A stretch of DNA of 32,000 bases. Origin: Candidatus Saganbacteria bacterium (GTDB taxonomy: Bacteria > Margulisbacteria > WOR-1 > JAKLHX01). This document shows positions 7,418-17,965 of this stretch, one piece after another. The DNA is taken from the NCBI GenBank assembly GCA_026387835.1, contig JAPLKZ010000005.1, positions 249,596-281,595 on the forward strand. Direction: 5' to 3'. The notes under the pieces were generated by a model. That model was given only the letters and a program-made list of their open reading frames with translations. It made no database searches and was not told where the DNA came from. Position 1 is the stretch's first letter; the number at the start of each line of letters is the position of its first letter. Both the position numbers and the translations under genes were made by a program.

Positions 7418-8401
7418 ATGTCATTATTTAAGAAAAAATTAACCGAGCAAGAAGCCGCCTCTCATTTTGTCCTTTATATTACAAAAGAGGCACAAAGTGC
7501 ATGGCCTGCCATTTATAAAAGTCTTCAAGATTCTTTTAAAGATAAATTTGTTGTAGAAGACGAAACAATGGCAGCATTTGATTTGGCTCTTGCCGCAATC
7601 GCCCAAGATTTACAGGCGGTAAATAATTTATTTCCAAAAGACCAAGCAGAAAGAATTGAAAAATGGGTTTTAAAATGCATTAATACTGAAGATTGGGGCG
7701 AATATGCGGTTGGCGAAGTGAAAAAATATGGGGAAAGATTTCAAAAGGATATTCAAAATATCAATGCCGGTGGCGATCCTTTGAGCGCCATCCCAACTCG
7801 CTTACTCCAGCAATGGCTAGGAAAAAATATTCAAGGCTTTGATGTAGAAATGAACGGAAAGAAAACCGGAATTATAAGCCCCTTTCTTCTTATGATGGTT
7901 TCCAGTATGCTTGCCGCCTTTCTTGGAACTTGGAAAAAACTAAAGGATGATTTTAATCTTGTTGAGGGCGACATACCTTTTGATGAAAAACCAAGTGGCT
8001 TGAAAGATTATGTACCCGAGCCGGATGAAAAAAAGCCTAACGGAACTATTCAATATTATGATGAAAACGGGAACCTAAAAGAGAAATGGTTGCCACCGGA
8101 ACAAATAAATGAACTTTTAAAGAAAGACGGCGCAAAGCGACTTTATAAAGTACTCGTTAAGGGACATTGGGACGGTGTTAAGGAAGCCCTTTGGGAACTT
8201 TCTGATGATACTGCTCAAAAATATGTTGATGAAAATGGTTATGCTTATGCAATTTGCACTTACGACACAGGAGAATTAAAATATTACTTTATTTCAAGAA
8301 GATTATGGGAGAAACAAGAGCAAATGGGAAAAATCTTGATGGATCAAAATTTATCACCGGAACAACAGCAAGAAGCAGTTAGAAAATTAATGGATGACTA
8401 A
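7418..8401 (+). CDS. Hypothetical protein, terminal gene of the cargo operon
   Basis: 327-aa ORF with one possible membrane segment (GIISPFLLMMVSSMLAAFLGTW) and 'NGTIQYYDENGNLKEKWLPP'; no family recognised. Confidence 0.75.
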   Translation: MSLFKKKLTEQEAASHFVLYITKEAQSAWPAIYKSLQDSFKDKFVVEDETMAAFDLALAAIAQDLQAVNNLFPKDQAERIEKWVLKCINTEDWGEYAVGEVKKYGERFQKDIQNINAGGDPLSAIPTRLLQQWLGKNIQGFDVEMNGKKTGIISPFLLMMVSSMLAAFLGTWKKLKDDFNLVEGDIPFDEKPSGLKDYVPEPDEKKPNGTIQYYDENGNLKEKWLPPEQINELLKKDGAKRLYKVLVKGHWDGVKEALWELSDDTAQKYVDENGYAYAICTYDTGELKYYFISRRLWEKQEQMGKILMDQNLSPEQQQEAVRKLMDD

Positions 8402-8432
8402 AATTTCCGCCAAAGAAAAACTTGAAATCGTC

Positions 8433-8544
8433 CAATCCGAAAAGGTCGCCCAGCAGCGGGAACGGGGCGGCGGTTGGATGGCGGCAACCGCCGCCCTAAG
8501 GATCGGCGGTCAGCTCGGTTCTGATATTTTTATATAGTTCCCGA
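8433..8544 (-). repeat. 112-bp inverted repeat B, right arm
   Basis: Reverse complement of 3759-3870 with two mismatches. Contains the internal stem GGGCGGCGGTTG/CAACCGCCGCCC. Confidence 0.95.
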
Positions 8545-8545
8545 A

Positions 8546-9694
8546 TTATTTCTTCCGCAGCACCCACATCATCTCTTTCACTCTTATATTCCTGTTCCTA
8601 AGGTTCCTTGACCCTCGGTAAGTATTATATTCGCTTGACATAAGCTTCCATTTTCCGTGTTTGGACAGGATGGACTTGAAAGTCTTAACGGGGATTATCC
8701 CTTCATCATTGTAAGAGATAACGATGAATTTAGCTCTGGTGTTTTTCAGAAGTTGGTCCATTGCCTCTTCGGCAAGATGCCTTTTGTTATAAACGGACTT
8801 GTTCCAATCCCGCGTGATCCCGCTGACGCCGTCCTGGATATAAAAGTTTTTATAGTCATTTATAAGGTTCAGCATGAAATAGTTTGACCCGTAAGGATGC
8901 TGGTTATAGGGCGGGTCAAGATAGACAAGATCGAACTCCGGAAGATTTGTGTCTTTAACAAGCCGATTAATATCTTTTTTTAGTACAACGACCTTACACT
9001 CGATATCAGAGAATACCGGCACTTCAAGGGTTATTTCCTTTTTTATCCTTGAGAGGGCATTCTCGCCTTTGCCTCCGAAATGGCCGATGCCGTTCTTCTT
9101 GTGGAACCCTTTGAAGACGCCGGAAGTGTTCGTGTGTATAGATGCTTCCACCAGAAGCGATGCAAGACAGAAGACGCGGTATTTTTCGGGAACGTCTTTG
9201 TCGATGAGTTTCCTAATATTATCGATGACCTGAGCGTTCTTGCTCGTATAAAAAACCCGCTCTCCGGATTTAATATCCATATCATCCTTTGGCGAATAAT
9301 TGAGGCTGATGAAACCTGGCTTATTTATGGATAATTTACGATCATTTAGAATGTCTATGTAATATTCAAGCTTTTTAACATTTATCTCTGATCTGTTTGC
9401 AAGATAACATCTGTTTAGCGTAAAACTGTAATTCTCAAGGTCATTGGCATACAGGACCTTTGCGTAATATTTCAAAAGCCTCGAAACTGAGCCGCTTCCC
9501 GCGAAACCGTCAAGGATAACAAGTTTTTCTTTGTTAAGTATTTTCTTAACTTTAGCAAACCCCTTATTAAGAAAGGAAAGGAGCGACCTTTTATTGCCGA
9601 GATAAGTTATCAGCTGAGAAGAAAAATATGGGGCATCTAAGTCAAGGTATTCCGGGGCATTGCCGGAAAATAAAGATCGTTGTATGTGTGCCAT
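8546..9694 (-). CDS. D12-class (Dam-like) N6-adenine DNA methyltransferase
   Basis: 'YLGNKRSLLSFL', 'ILDGFAGSGSVSRLLK', 'FDLVYLDPPYNQHPYGSNYFMLNLI' (DPPY motif), 'FIVISYNDEGI'. Confidence 0.9.
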   Translation of the reverse strand: MAHIQRSLFSGNAPEYLDLDAPYFSSQLITYLGNKRSLLSFLNKGFAKVKKILNKEKLVILDGFAGSGSVSRLLKYYAKVLYANDLENYSFTLNRCYLANRSEINVKKLEYYIDILNDRKLSINKPGFISLNYSPKDDMDIKSGERVFYTSKNAQVIDNIRKLIDKDVPEKYRVFCLASLLVEASIHTNTSGVFKGFHKKNGIGHFGGKGENALSRIKKEITLEVPVFSDIECKVVVLKKDINRLVKDTNLPEFDLVYLDPPYNQHPYGSNYFMLNLINDYKNFYIQDGVSGITRDWNKSVYNKRHLAEEAMDQLLKNTRAKFIVISYNDEGIIPVKTFKSILSKHGKWKLMSSEYNTYRGSRNLRNRNIRVKEMMWVLRKK

Positions 9695-9783
9695 TAACTA
9701 TGGGGTAATTTTAACATATAAATCTTTAACTGAAAAATACTTGCCATTTTTCCGATATATGTTATTATAATGCCAAATAATCA

Positions 9784-10269
9784 ATGAGAAAGATCTCCAA
9801 AACAAAAGCAATTGCATTTGTAATTTTGTGTTATCTGCTGGCTTTGCCGGCATTATCTGTCCCTGTATTTTTAGACGCCGGATTGAACGCGGGGAACTCC
9901 TCAGACGGCTCTATATCCGGCAAGAAGAATGCATGGTCCAGCAAATCGGGAAAAGATATGGTGTTCTGGATAAAGGTCCAGCCCGGATCCGATCTTGAAG
10001 AAGGTGAAATCAGATATCAGTTCATGCTTGACATGACGGCTCCCGATAAAGAAATGGTTCTTTCAGAAGGCCCTTATAATTTCGATAACGGCGGGGAAGG
10101 CAGGATATTCAAGAATACCTGGTATTTTGCGAACGCCAGGACGATCAATTTTCCGACGCCCGAAGTGTACGGTACCTGGGAGGTCGGCTTCAGTCTGCGG
10201 AACAAAAACACCGGAGAAGTGATAAAGGCAAAGACATTCAACTTCGAGTTCATCGACTCGACAAAGTAA
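9784..10269 (+). CDS. Exported hypothetical protein, paralogue of the next gene
   Basis: Signal peptide-like N-terminus; 'VFWIKVQPGSDLEEGEIRYQFMLDMTAPDKEMVLSEGPYNFDNGGEGRIFKNTWYFANARTINFPTPEVYGTWEVGF'. Confidence 0.75.
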   Translation: MRKISKTKAIAFVILCYLLALPALSVPVFLDAGLNAGNSSDGSISGKKNAWSSKSGKDMVFWIKVQPGSDLEEGEIRYQFMLDMTAPDKEMVLSEGPYNFDNGGEGRIFKNTWYFANARTINFPTPEVYGTWEVGFSLRNKNTGEVIKAKTFNFEFIDSTK

Positions 10270-10288
10270 AAGAAAAGGAGAAAAAGGA

Positions 10289-11056
10289 ATGAAGAAGACA
10301 GTGCTTGCGGCGGCGGTACTTATTATGACGGCGGCATGTGTTTTTGCCGCGCCGGAGTTGAAGGACCTGGGGGTGAGCGCGGGGAGTTTTACGGAGAACA
10401 AAGTACTGGAAACGAAGACAGTGTGGATGTCCCAGCCTGAACAGTGGATGGTGTTCTGGGGCAAGATCGAGCCGAAATCGGATTATGACGGTGATTCCCC
10501 GAGATATTACGGCAAGATAGAGTTCATTTCTCCGGACAACACGCTCAAGATGACGGAAGGGCCGATCGCTTTTGACCCTGACGGGACCGCAAAAATATTT
10601 AAGACAACATCATATTTTATAAATGCAAAAACGCCTGAGGTGCCGAAGCCTTTTGTATTCGGAAGGTGGACAGCGAATTTCTACATGTTTGACGAGAGGA
10701 ATTCAGAGACGGTCCTTGCAAAGACCGCAAATTTCGAACTGATGGAGATGAGGCCAGTAGCCCCGGCAGTCACTACGCCGGAAGCCGTTTCACCGAAGCC
10801 CAGCACTACGGTCGTACCAGTTACACCTGGCATAATGGCGACAGTAGAACCGTCGGCTGTAGGGACCTTTCCGACGCCTGAGGTGAAGTCTGGAGCGGAC
10901 AAGGCAAATGAAGAAGAAGTAAAAAAGTTAAAAGCCGAGCTTGACGAAATAAAAAAGCTGCTCGAAAAAAAGAACGAAAGACCGGCAAGAAAAGCAAGGC
11001 CAAAGCCGGCGCAAAAAAAAGCCCCTGTAATACAAAAGACAAAAAGCACGATCTGA
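10289..11056 (+). CDS. Exported hypothetical protein with Pro/Lys-rich C-terminus
   Basis: Signal peptide; domain shared with 9784..10269; C-terminal 'KLKAELDEIKKLLEKKNERPARKARPKPAQKKAPVIQKTK'. Confidence 0.75.
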   Translation: MKKTVLAAAVLIMTAACVFAAPELKDLGVSAGSFTENKVLETKTVWMSQPEQWMVFWGKIEPKSDYDGDSPRYYGKIEFISPDNTLKMTEGPIAFDPDGTAKIFKTTSYFINAKTPEVPKPFVFGRWTANFYMFDERNSETVLAKTANFELMEMRPVAPAVTTPEAVSPKPSTTVVPVTPGIMATVEPSAVGTFPTPEVKSGADKANEEEVKKLKAELDEIKKLLEKKNERPARKARPKPAQKKAPVIQKTKSTI

Positions 11057-11113
11057 ATAAAACCGCCGTCTTTAATTGCACGCCAAACGATTTTTTGTTA
11101 GCATAAGATTGAT

Positions 11114-12583
11114 ATGCAGATAAACCTCGCCGGATACAATATCGATGCTGAAGTTCTGGAAGAGCTGAAAAAAGGGCCCGTCCAAAGGCAGGATGTCACG
11201 CCCGAGACGATCTCGGCCGCTTACGCGAGGATCAGCCGCGATCCGAGGCCGATCGACGAACTGCGCAAAGCCGCAAGGCAGGAGGTTGAAAAGGCCAGGA
11301 AGTCGAACAGCAGCATCATATTCAAAATGGGACATCACTCTGTGGCCGAGCACGCCGTATTCAATTTTGATCTGATCGCCATATCGCGCCTCGCCGTGGA
11401 ACACCTGGAGCATTTCAGGCTCTGTTCCTTCACGGAAAAATCCCAGAGATATATAACCCTTGAAGATGATTTTGTGGTCCCGGAAGAAATAAAAGGTTCA
11501 AAAGCTGAAGGGATCTTTGTTTCAACGATAAAGGAACAGAACAGGCTGTACCACCGGCTGAACGAAAAATTGCAGGCCTATGTCCTGAAGAAACACGCTG
11601 TCCTGGCAAAGGACCCGAAGAACGGAGTCCTTCTTGAAGGCTGGGCCAAAGAGGACGCGAGGTACGTGACAGCTCTTGCGACACAGGCGCAGCTGGGCCT
11701 CACGGTGAACGCCAGGAACCTTGAGCTCATGTTCAGGCGTTTCGCGTCGCAGCCCCTCTCAGAGATAAAAGAAATATCGAAAAAGATGTACGGGCTTGCG
11801 GCAAAGATAGCGCCTTCCATTATCTTATTTACGGAAGCGAATGAATTTGACGCAAAAACTTACCAGGAAATTAAATCCAAAATAAATTCAAAAATCAAAA
11901 TTCATCATTCAAAACAACCTGAAGTCAGGTTGATCGATCATACGAAAGATGCCGATGATGTTTTGGTGGCGAGCCTGATGTTCGCAGTGAGCGGAGAGGA
12001 TTTTGAAAGCTGCGAAAAGAAGGTCAAAAAAATGTCCTTGGCAGAAAAAGAGCTTATTGTTAAAACCTCCGGCAAATACATGCAGTTCTATGATACGGTA
12101 CTCCGCGAGTTCGAGAACATCGATGTGACATTTGAAGTAATGCTGTCATCATCCTGTTTTGCGCAGCTTAAACGGCACAGGATGGCGACGATAATAACAC
12201 AGCCGTATGATATCTCTCTCGGTGTGACAGTGCCGCCGTCGATAGACGAAATCGGCATGAAAAAAGCCTTTATGGAGATCATTGCAAGAACGGAAAAAGC
12301 TTATGAGATCGTCATGAAGACAAACTCTGCCGCAGCTCCTTACGTATTGACGAATGCTCACAGGAGAAGGGTCCTGTTCAAATGCAATGCCAGGGAACTG
12401 TATCATCTGTCCAGGCTTCGGGAGGACAGCCACGCGCAGTGGGACATCTGCAATATCTCAAGGATAATGAGCGAAGAAACTAAAAAGGTCATGCCTTTTG
12501 CGATGATGTTCATCGGGGGGAAGGACGGATATCCCGGGATCTATAAAAAGATATTTGGTGAATATCCGAAGGTGATGGGGTGA
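11114..12583 (+). CDS. ThyX-like (FAD-dependent thymidylate synthase family) double-domain protein
   Basis: 'FKMGHHSVAEHAVFNFDLIAISRLAVEHLEHFRLCSFTEKSQRY' and a second half 'CFAQLKRHRMATIITQPYDIS...RELYHLSRLREDSHAQWDICNIS'. Confidence 0.8.
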   Translation: MQINLAGYNIDAEVLEELKKGPVQRQDVTPETISAAYARISRDPRPIDELRKAARQEVEKARKSNSSIIFKMGHHSVAEHAVFNFDLIAISRLAVEHLEHFRLCSFTEKSQRYITLEDDFVVPEEIKGSKAEGIFVSTIKEQNRLYHRLNEKLQAYVLKKHAVLAKDPKNGVLLEGWAKEDARYVTALATQAQLGLTVNARNLELMFRRFASQPLSEIKEISKKMYGLAAKIAPSIILFTEANEFDAKTYQEIKSKINSKIKIHHSKQPEVRLIDHTKDADDVLVASLMFAVSGEDFESCEKKVKKMSLAEKELIVKTSGKYMQFYDTVLREFENIDVTFEVMLSSSCFAQLKRHRMATIITQPYDISLGVTVPPSIDEIGMKKAFMEIIARTEKAYEIVMKTNSAAAPYVLTNAHRRRVLFKCNARELYHLSRLREDSHAQWDICNISRIMSEETKKVMPFAMMFIGGKDGYPGIYKKIFGEYPKVMG

Positions 12584-12597
12584 GGGCAGGGAAAAAC

Positions 12598-13461
12598 ATG
12601 CTTAAAAGAATTTTGCTGTTAATTTTAGCGGGAGCTCTTATTTTTCAACCATCATTTGCCGCCGGCAGGTTCTCCGGCCTTGAAGGCAAGTTGAGGTCTA
12701 TCGCATATAAGAACTACGGCAGGCAGGTGTTCCGCGGATACTTGATCGGTGTATCGTTCATCGATGTCAATACAAAAAGGGCCGTCTCGGTGAACGGGAG
12801 CAGGCCTTTTCCCGCGGCATCCATAATAAAACTGCCGGTGATGGCATGCTTGTTCTCCATGTCCGACCGTAAGCAGATAAATTTGGGGGAGCACATCTAT
12901 TTTTCGGATGAAGACAAGCTTCCCGGTGCCGGGATACTGCGGTGGCTGCAGCCGAACAGGTATACGCTATGGAATTACTGCAGGATGATGATATCTCTTT
13001 CCGATAATACGGCGACAAGGATCATCATAGGAAGGATAGGCAGAAAAGCCGTGAACAGGTACTGCAGGAAGACAGGACTTTATAAGACCTATTTGTTGAA
13101 TGCGAATCCTCTCACTGAACCTCCGGACAGGACGGTTAACATCACGACCCCTAATGATATCGCAAAATTGCTGCTGAGGATACAGAAAGGGGCGGGCTTT
13201 ACTTCTTCGTCGAGAAAGGACATGCTTTCGTTCATGTTCAGCCAGAAGTACAGGTTCGGCATTCCGTTCGTTTTGCCAAAGGGCTTTAAATGCGCCAACA
13301 AGACCGGCAATATTTCTAACGTCCTCCATGACTGCGCTGTCGTGTACGCCCCGCGCGGCAAATATGTCCTCTGCGTTTTTACGAAAGGTTTCAGGCATGA
13401 CCGGAGCGCGAGGGTGGTGATAAACAAGGTCTCGGCAGCCGTGGCGGGTTATTATAAATAA
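12598..13461 (+). CDS. Class A beta-lactamase-like serine hydrolase, exported
   Basis: Signal peptide; 'FPAASIIKLPVMACLF' (SxxK), 'MISLSDNTATRIII' (SDN-like). The ORF track start at 12580 is a GTG overlapping the upstream stop. Confidence 0.8.
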   Translation: MLKRILLLILAGALIFQPSFAAGRFSGLEGKLRSIAYKNYGRQVFRGYLIGVSFIDVNTKRAVSVNGSRPFPAASIIKLPVMACLFSMSDRKQINLGEHIYFSDEDKLPGAGILRWLQPNRYTLWNYCRMMISLSDNTATRIIIGRIGRKAVNRYCRKTGLYKTYLLNANPLTEPPDRTVNITTPNDIAKLLLRIQKGAGFTSSSRKDMLSFMFSQKYRFGIPFVLPKGFKCANKTGNISNVLHDCAVVYAPRGKYVLCVFTKGFRHDRSARVVINKVSAAVAGYYK

Positions 13462-13480
13462 AATAAGTTATAATTATTAT

Positions 13481-14155
13481 ATGAGATTAAAGATCATCCC
13501 GATATCTTTGGTGATAGCGGTCACGCTTTTTGCTGGGTTATTACAACTTTAAAAAAGCGTCAAAAAAGATTTTCCCGTCACATTGGAAGGCAGTGTCCTT
13601 CAGTTCGCGTCGAAATACCTCACCCAGGATTGTATGGTTATATCAAAATCAAAACATCTTATTTATTACTGCAATAATGGTTTTATCGTGCGTAATGTGT
13701 CATGGAAAGGTTTCGACCTGAAATTCCCGGCGCCAATTGCTATCGGCATGGGCGGCAGGTATGAGACACCGGCAGGGGAGTATTATATCTGCCAGAAAAA
13801 TGCGGACAGCCGCTTCACGCTTTTTCTGGGACTGAGCTGGCCGAACATCGCGGATGCCAATAAGGCGGTAGAGTTGGGGTCCAGGTTGAGCGCTTCCGAT
13901 TACAGGAGGATCGTGGCAGCTAATATTTTGAGGGCCCAGCCGCCCTGGGACACCCCGCTGGGCGGGACATACGGGATCCACGGTGCGCCTACATATATGA
14001 AATATGCCATCGACAGGATGGAGAAGAAAGATCCGGACCTTATTTATGTAACAAAAAGAGACAATACAAGAGGATGCGTGGCAGTGGAGCACCGCTACCT
14101 GAAATTTCTATTTGCCAATGTCGATGAAGGCACCCCGGTGCTGATAGTAAATTAA
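13481..14155 (+). pseudogene. L,D-transpeptidase (YkuD-like) with an in-frame TAA between signal/TM segment and catalytic domain
   Basis: Frame from ATG 13481 gives MRLKIIPISLVIAVTLFAGLLQL* (TAA 13550-13552), then KSVKKDFPVTLEGSVLQFASKYL... in the same frame; catalytic 'YGIHGAPTY...TRGCVAVEH'. Confidence 0.6.
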
Positions 14156-14212
14156 ACCTGTGCAAGGAATGCGATTTCTTCTATTCCTGCTGGGGAGAGT
14201 CCGAATACCCGG

Positions 14213-15457
14213 CTACTTCTTCAGCTTGAAAAGCGTCTCCACATCACCAAAGGCCTCAAAGGTCTCCTTGTTCACGTAAACGATGACCTTTTTGGTCTTT
14301 ATCCATTCCCCTTCCTTTTCTATATGGACGTTGCCTGTCATCGTGATCGTCTCTTTATTGTCGTCATAAAAAGCGTGGTCCGCCTTTGCGTTCTTTCCTT
14401 TTTGGATAACAAATACTTTACCGTCCGCTGTCGCATTGCCGTTCCTTGTCGAGACTTTCAGGCTGTCGCAGTTCAAAAGAACCCCTTCGCTCATTATTTT
14501 TTTTGCTTCCGTATTCCTGATCTTGAGGACGGTCCGTTCTTTAAGAATGTGGCCGCCTTTTTTGATGAAAGCCCTGACATTTTTTATAAGTGTCGCCGTC
14601 TGTTCTACGTCGTCAAATGAAAGCGCGTCCGACGAGGCGATCTTGCTTTTCTGCGTCAGTTCTACATGGCCGTTCATCAGGCCGCTGTAATCTTTTGTCG
14701 AGAAAGAGAGATCATCGGACTTGATATCGGTCATCACCGCCTTCTTTTTTACGCGGACCCTCACTTTATTGTAAGCCTTAAGCGTATCCTGTCTGAAATA
14801 GCTTTCCATCGTTGTCGCACCTATTGTATAGTCGCCGGCCTTTATGTGCGGGCCGGATGTCATAGTGCCGATGTTCTTTTTATGGTTTATGTCGATGTGT
14901 CCGGTCGTAGCGGTGTATTTCCTGTCAAAGACCCGCACATCATCGGCATTCGACCTTTTCTGGGGTGAGGAATACCAGAGATAAGACGCCAGGACCTTCG
15001 TGAATCCTTTTGAAGGTTCTTTCAGGACCTCGGTGGTGCTGGCATGCGCCACATCGATGCTTGCTTCCAGAGGCTGCGGCTCCGCGGTTGATGAGAAGGC
15101 CTCTATCCTGCTGTTGTAATTCGTGACGATGACCCTTTTTGCCCGCAAGTCTTTTATTATCAGCCTTCCTTTTTTGAATACATTTCCTTTGTCGACGTCC
15201 TCGAATTCGATGATGTCCTGGCCTCTGTTGGCGGAAAGCCTTTTTGAAGATATTTCCCAGTTTTTTTTGCCGTCCTCAAAACCGGTGACGCTTATATTGT
15301 CAGCGTGCAAAACTTTTTCTTTCCTCACGTCGGAAAGAAGCCTTATGTCGGGCACGATGATATAAAGCAGTGCCAGGCCGGCCGTGAAAGCGACGGCAGT
15401 AAATATAACTGATCTTTTACTGTCCAGACCTTCAAAAAAACGGCGCATTTTTATCAT
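14213..15457 (-). CDS. LptC-related protein with OstA/LptA-like repeats
   Basis: N-terminal TM then 'ADNISVTGFEDGKKNWEISSKRLSANRGQDIIEFEDVDKG'; C-terminal 'YDDNKETITMTGNVHIEKEGEWIKTKKVIVYVNKETFEAFGDVETLFK'. Confidence 0.75.
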   Translation of the reverse strand: MIKMRRFFEGLDSKRSVIFTAVAFTAGLALLYIIVPDIRLLSDVRKEKVLHADNISVTGFEDGKKNWEISSKRLSANRGQDIIEFEDVDKGNVFKKGRLIIKDLRAKRVIVTNYNSRIEAFSSTAEPQPLEASIDVAHASTTEVLKEPSKGFTKVLASYLWYSSPQKRSNADDVRVFDRKYTATTGHIDINHKKNIGTMTSGPHIKAGDYTIGATTMESYFRQDTLKAYNKVRVRVKKKAVMTDIKSDDLSFSTKDYSGLMNGHVELTQKSKIASSDALSFDDVEQTATLIKNVRAFIKKGGHILKERTVLKIRNTEAKKIMSEGVLLNCDSLKVSTRNGNATADGKVFVIQKGKNAKADHAFYDDNKETITMTGNVHIEKEGEWIKTKKVIVYVNKETFEAFGDVETLFKLKK

Positions 15458-15503
15458 AGAAAAAAGGATACCATAATTGACACTTTTTTAGAAGTGATGA
15501 TAG

Positions 15504-16670
<1,167 letters not shown>

Positions 16671-16721
16671 TGTAGGGGCGGGGTGATCTCCGCCCGGGCC
16701 CGGGAAAAAGAACTAAAAATG

Positions 16722-16752
16722 CCCCGCACTTTGGCACAAAGTGCGGGGTTCA
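16722..16752 (+). terminator. Hairpin between gap and pgk
   Basis: Perfect 12-bp stem CCCCGCACTTTG-gca-CAAAGTGCGGGG followed by TTCATTTTC. Confidence 0.6.
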
Positions 16753-16773
16753 TTTTCAGAAGGAGGATAAAAG

Positions 16774-17964
16774 ATGAAGAAATGCATTTCTGACCTGAAA
16801 GATAGTGAACTGAACGGCAAGAGAGTGCTTGTAAGGGTCGATTTCAATGTGCCGCAGGATAAAGCGGGCAATATTACGGACGACAGGAGGATAAGAGAAT
16901 CGCTCCCGACGATAAAATATCTTATAGATAAAGGATCAAAAGTGATCCTCGTCTCCCATCTCGGCAGGCCCAGCGGTGTGACACAGGAGCTGAGGATGAA
17001 CCCCATAGCAAAAAGGCTCGAGGAACTGCTGGGGAAGAAAGTCCTGAAACTAGATGACTGCATCGGAGAAGAGGTCGAGGATGCCGTTTCAAAGATGAAT
17101 AACGGCGACGTGACGCTGCTCGAAAACGTGAGGTTCTATAAAGAAGAAGAGGCGAACGATGAGAACTTCTCCAAAAAACTTGCCGCTTTGGCCGATGTCT
17201 ATGTCAACGACGCGTTCGGTACGGCTCACAGGGCCCACGCTTCAACTGAAGGTGTCGCTCATATCCTTCCGGGAGTCTGCGGGTTTCTGATCAGAAAAGA
17301 GCTTGAGTTCCTCGGCGGCGCGCTTACAAACCCGAAGAAACCGTTCGTCGCTATAATCGGCGGAGCTAAAGTCTCATCAAAAATAACCGTCATAAAGAAC
17401 CTGGCTCAGAAGGTGGATACTCTGGTGATCGGAGGCGGGATGATATTTACTTTCATGAAGACCCAGGGTTTTGAGATAGGAAAATCTCTGGTCGAAACAA
17501 AATTCCTTGACCAGGCAAAGGTAATATGGTCGCAGCTGAAAGGGATGCCGAATTTGAAGCTGATAGTCCCTGTAGACCATGTGGTGGTCGCCGAGTTGAA
17601 AGCAGACGCGCCGTCAAAAGTCGTGCCAAATGATGGTATCCCCGCCGACATGCTTGGCGTCGATATAGGACCCGAGACGATAAAACTGATAAAAGATGAG
17701 ATCAAAAATGCCGGGACCGTGGTCTGGAACGGACCTATGGGCGTTTTTGAGATAGATAAGTTCGCAAAGGGTACCAACGAGGTCGCAAGAGCGCTTGCCG
17801 ATTCAAAAGCCGTGACCATAGTTGGGGGAGGAGATTCCGCGGCGGCGGTAGAAAAAGCGGGCGTCGCCGATAAGATAACACATATATCCACCGGCGGCGG
17901 AGCTTCGCTGGAATTTCTGGAGGGCAAAATACTTCCGGGCATCGCGATACTGCAGGACAAGTAA
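16774..17964 (+). CDS. pgk: Phosphoglycerate kinase
   Basis: '[15 protein letters not shown]', '[12 protein letters not shown]', '[13 protein letters not shown]'-type motif, '[13 protein letters not shown]'. Confidence 0.98.
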   Translation: MKKCISDLKDSELNGKRVLVRVDFNVPQDKAGNITDDRRIRESLPTIKYLIDKGSKVILVSHLGRPSGVTQELRMNPIAKRLEELLGKKVLKLDDCIGEEVEDAVSKMNNGDVTLLENVRFYKEEEANDENFSKKLAALADVYVNDAFGTAHRAHASTEGVAHILPGVCGFLIRKELEFLGGALTNPKKPFVAIIGGAKVSSKITVIKNLAQKVDTLVIGGGMIFTFMKTQGFEIGKSLVETKFLDQAKVIWSQLKGMPNLKLIVPVDHVVVAELKADAPSKVVPNDGIPADMLGVDIGPETIKLIKDEIKNAGTVVWNGPMGVFEIDKFAKGTNEVARALADSKAVTIVGGGDSAAAVEKAGVADKITHISTGGGASLEFLEGKILPGIAILQDK

Positions 17965-17965
17965 A

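Larger units (their letters stand above)
2164..8544. mobile_element. Composite recombinase-cargo element next to tRNA-Ser(GGA); borders inferred
   Basis: Serine recombinase at the tRNA 3' end, two sets of long inverted repeats, an AT-rich cargo operon with nucleases. The right border may instead lie beyond the methyltransferase (about 9.7 kb). Confidence 0.55.
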
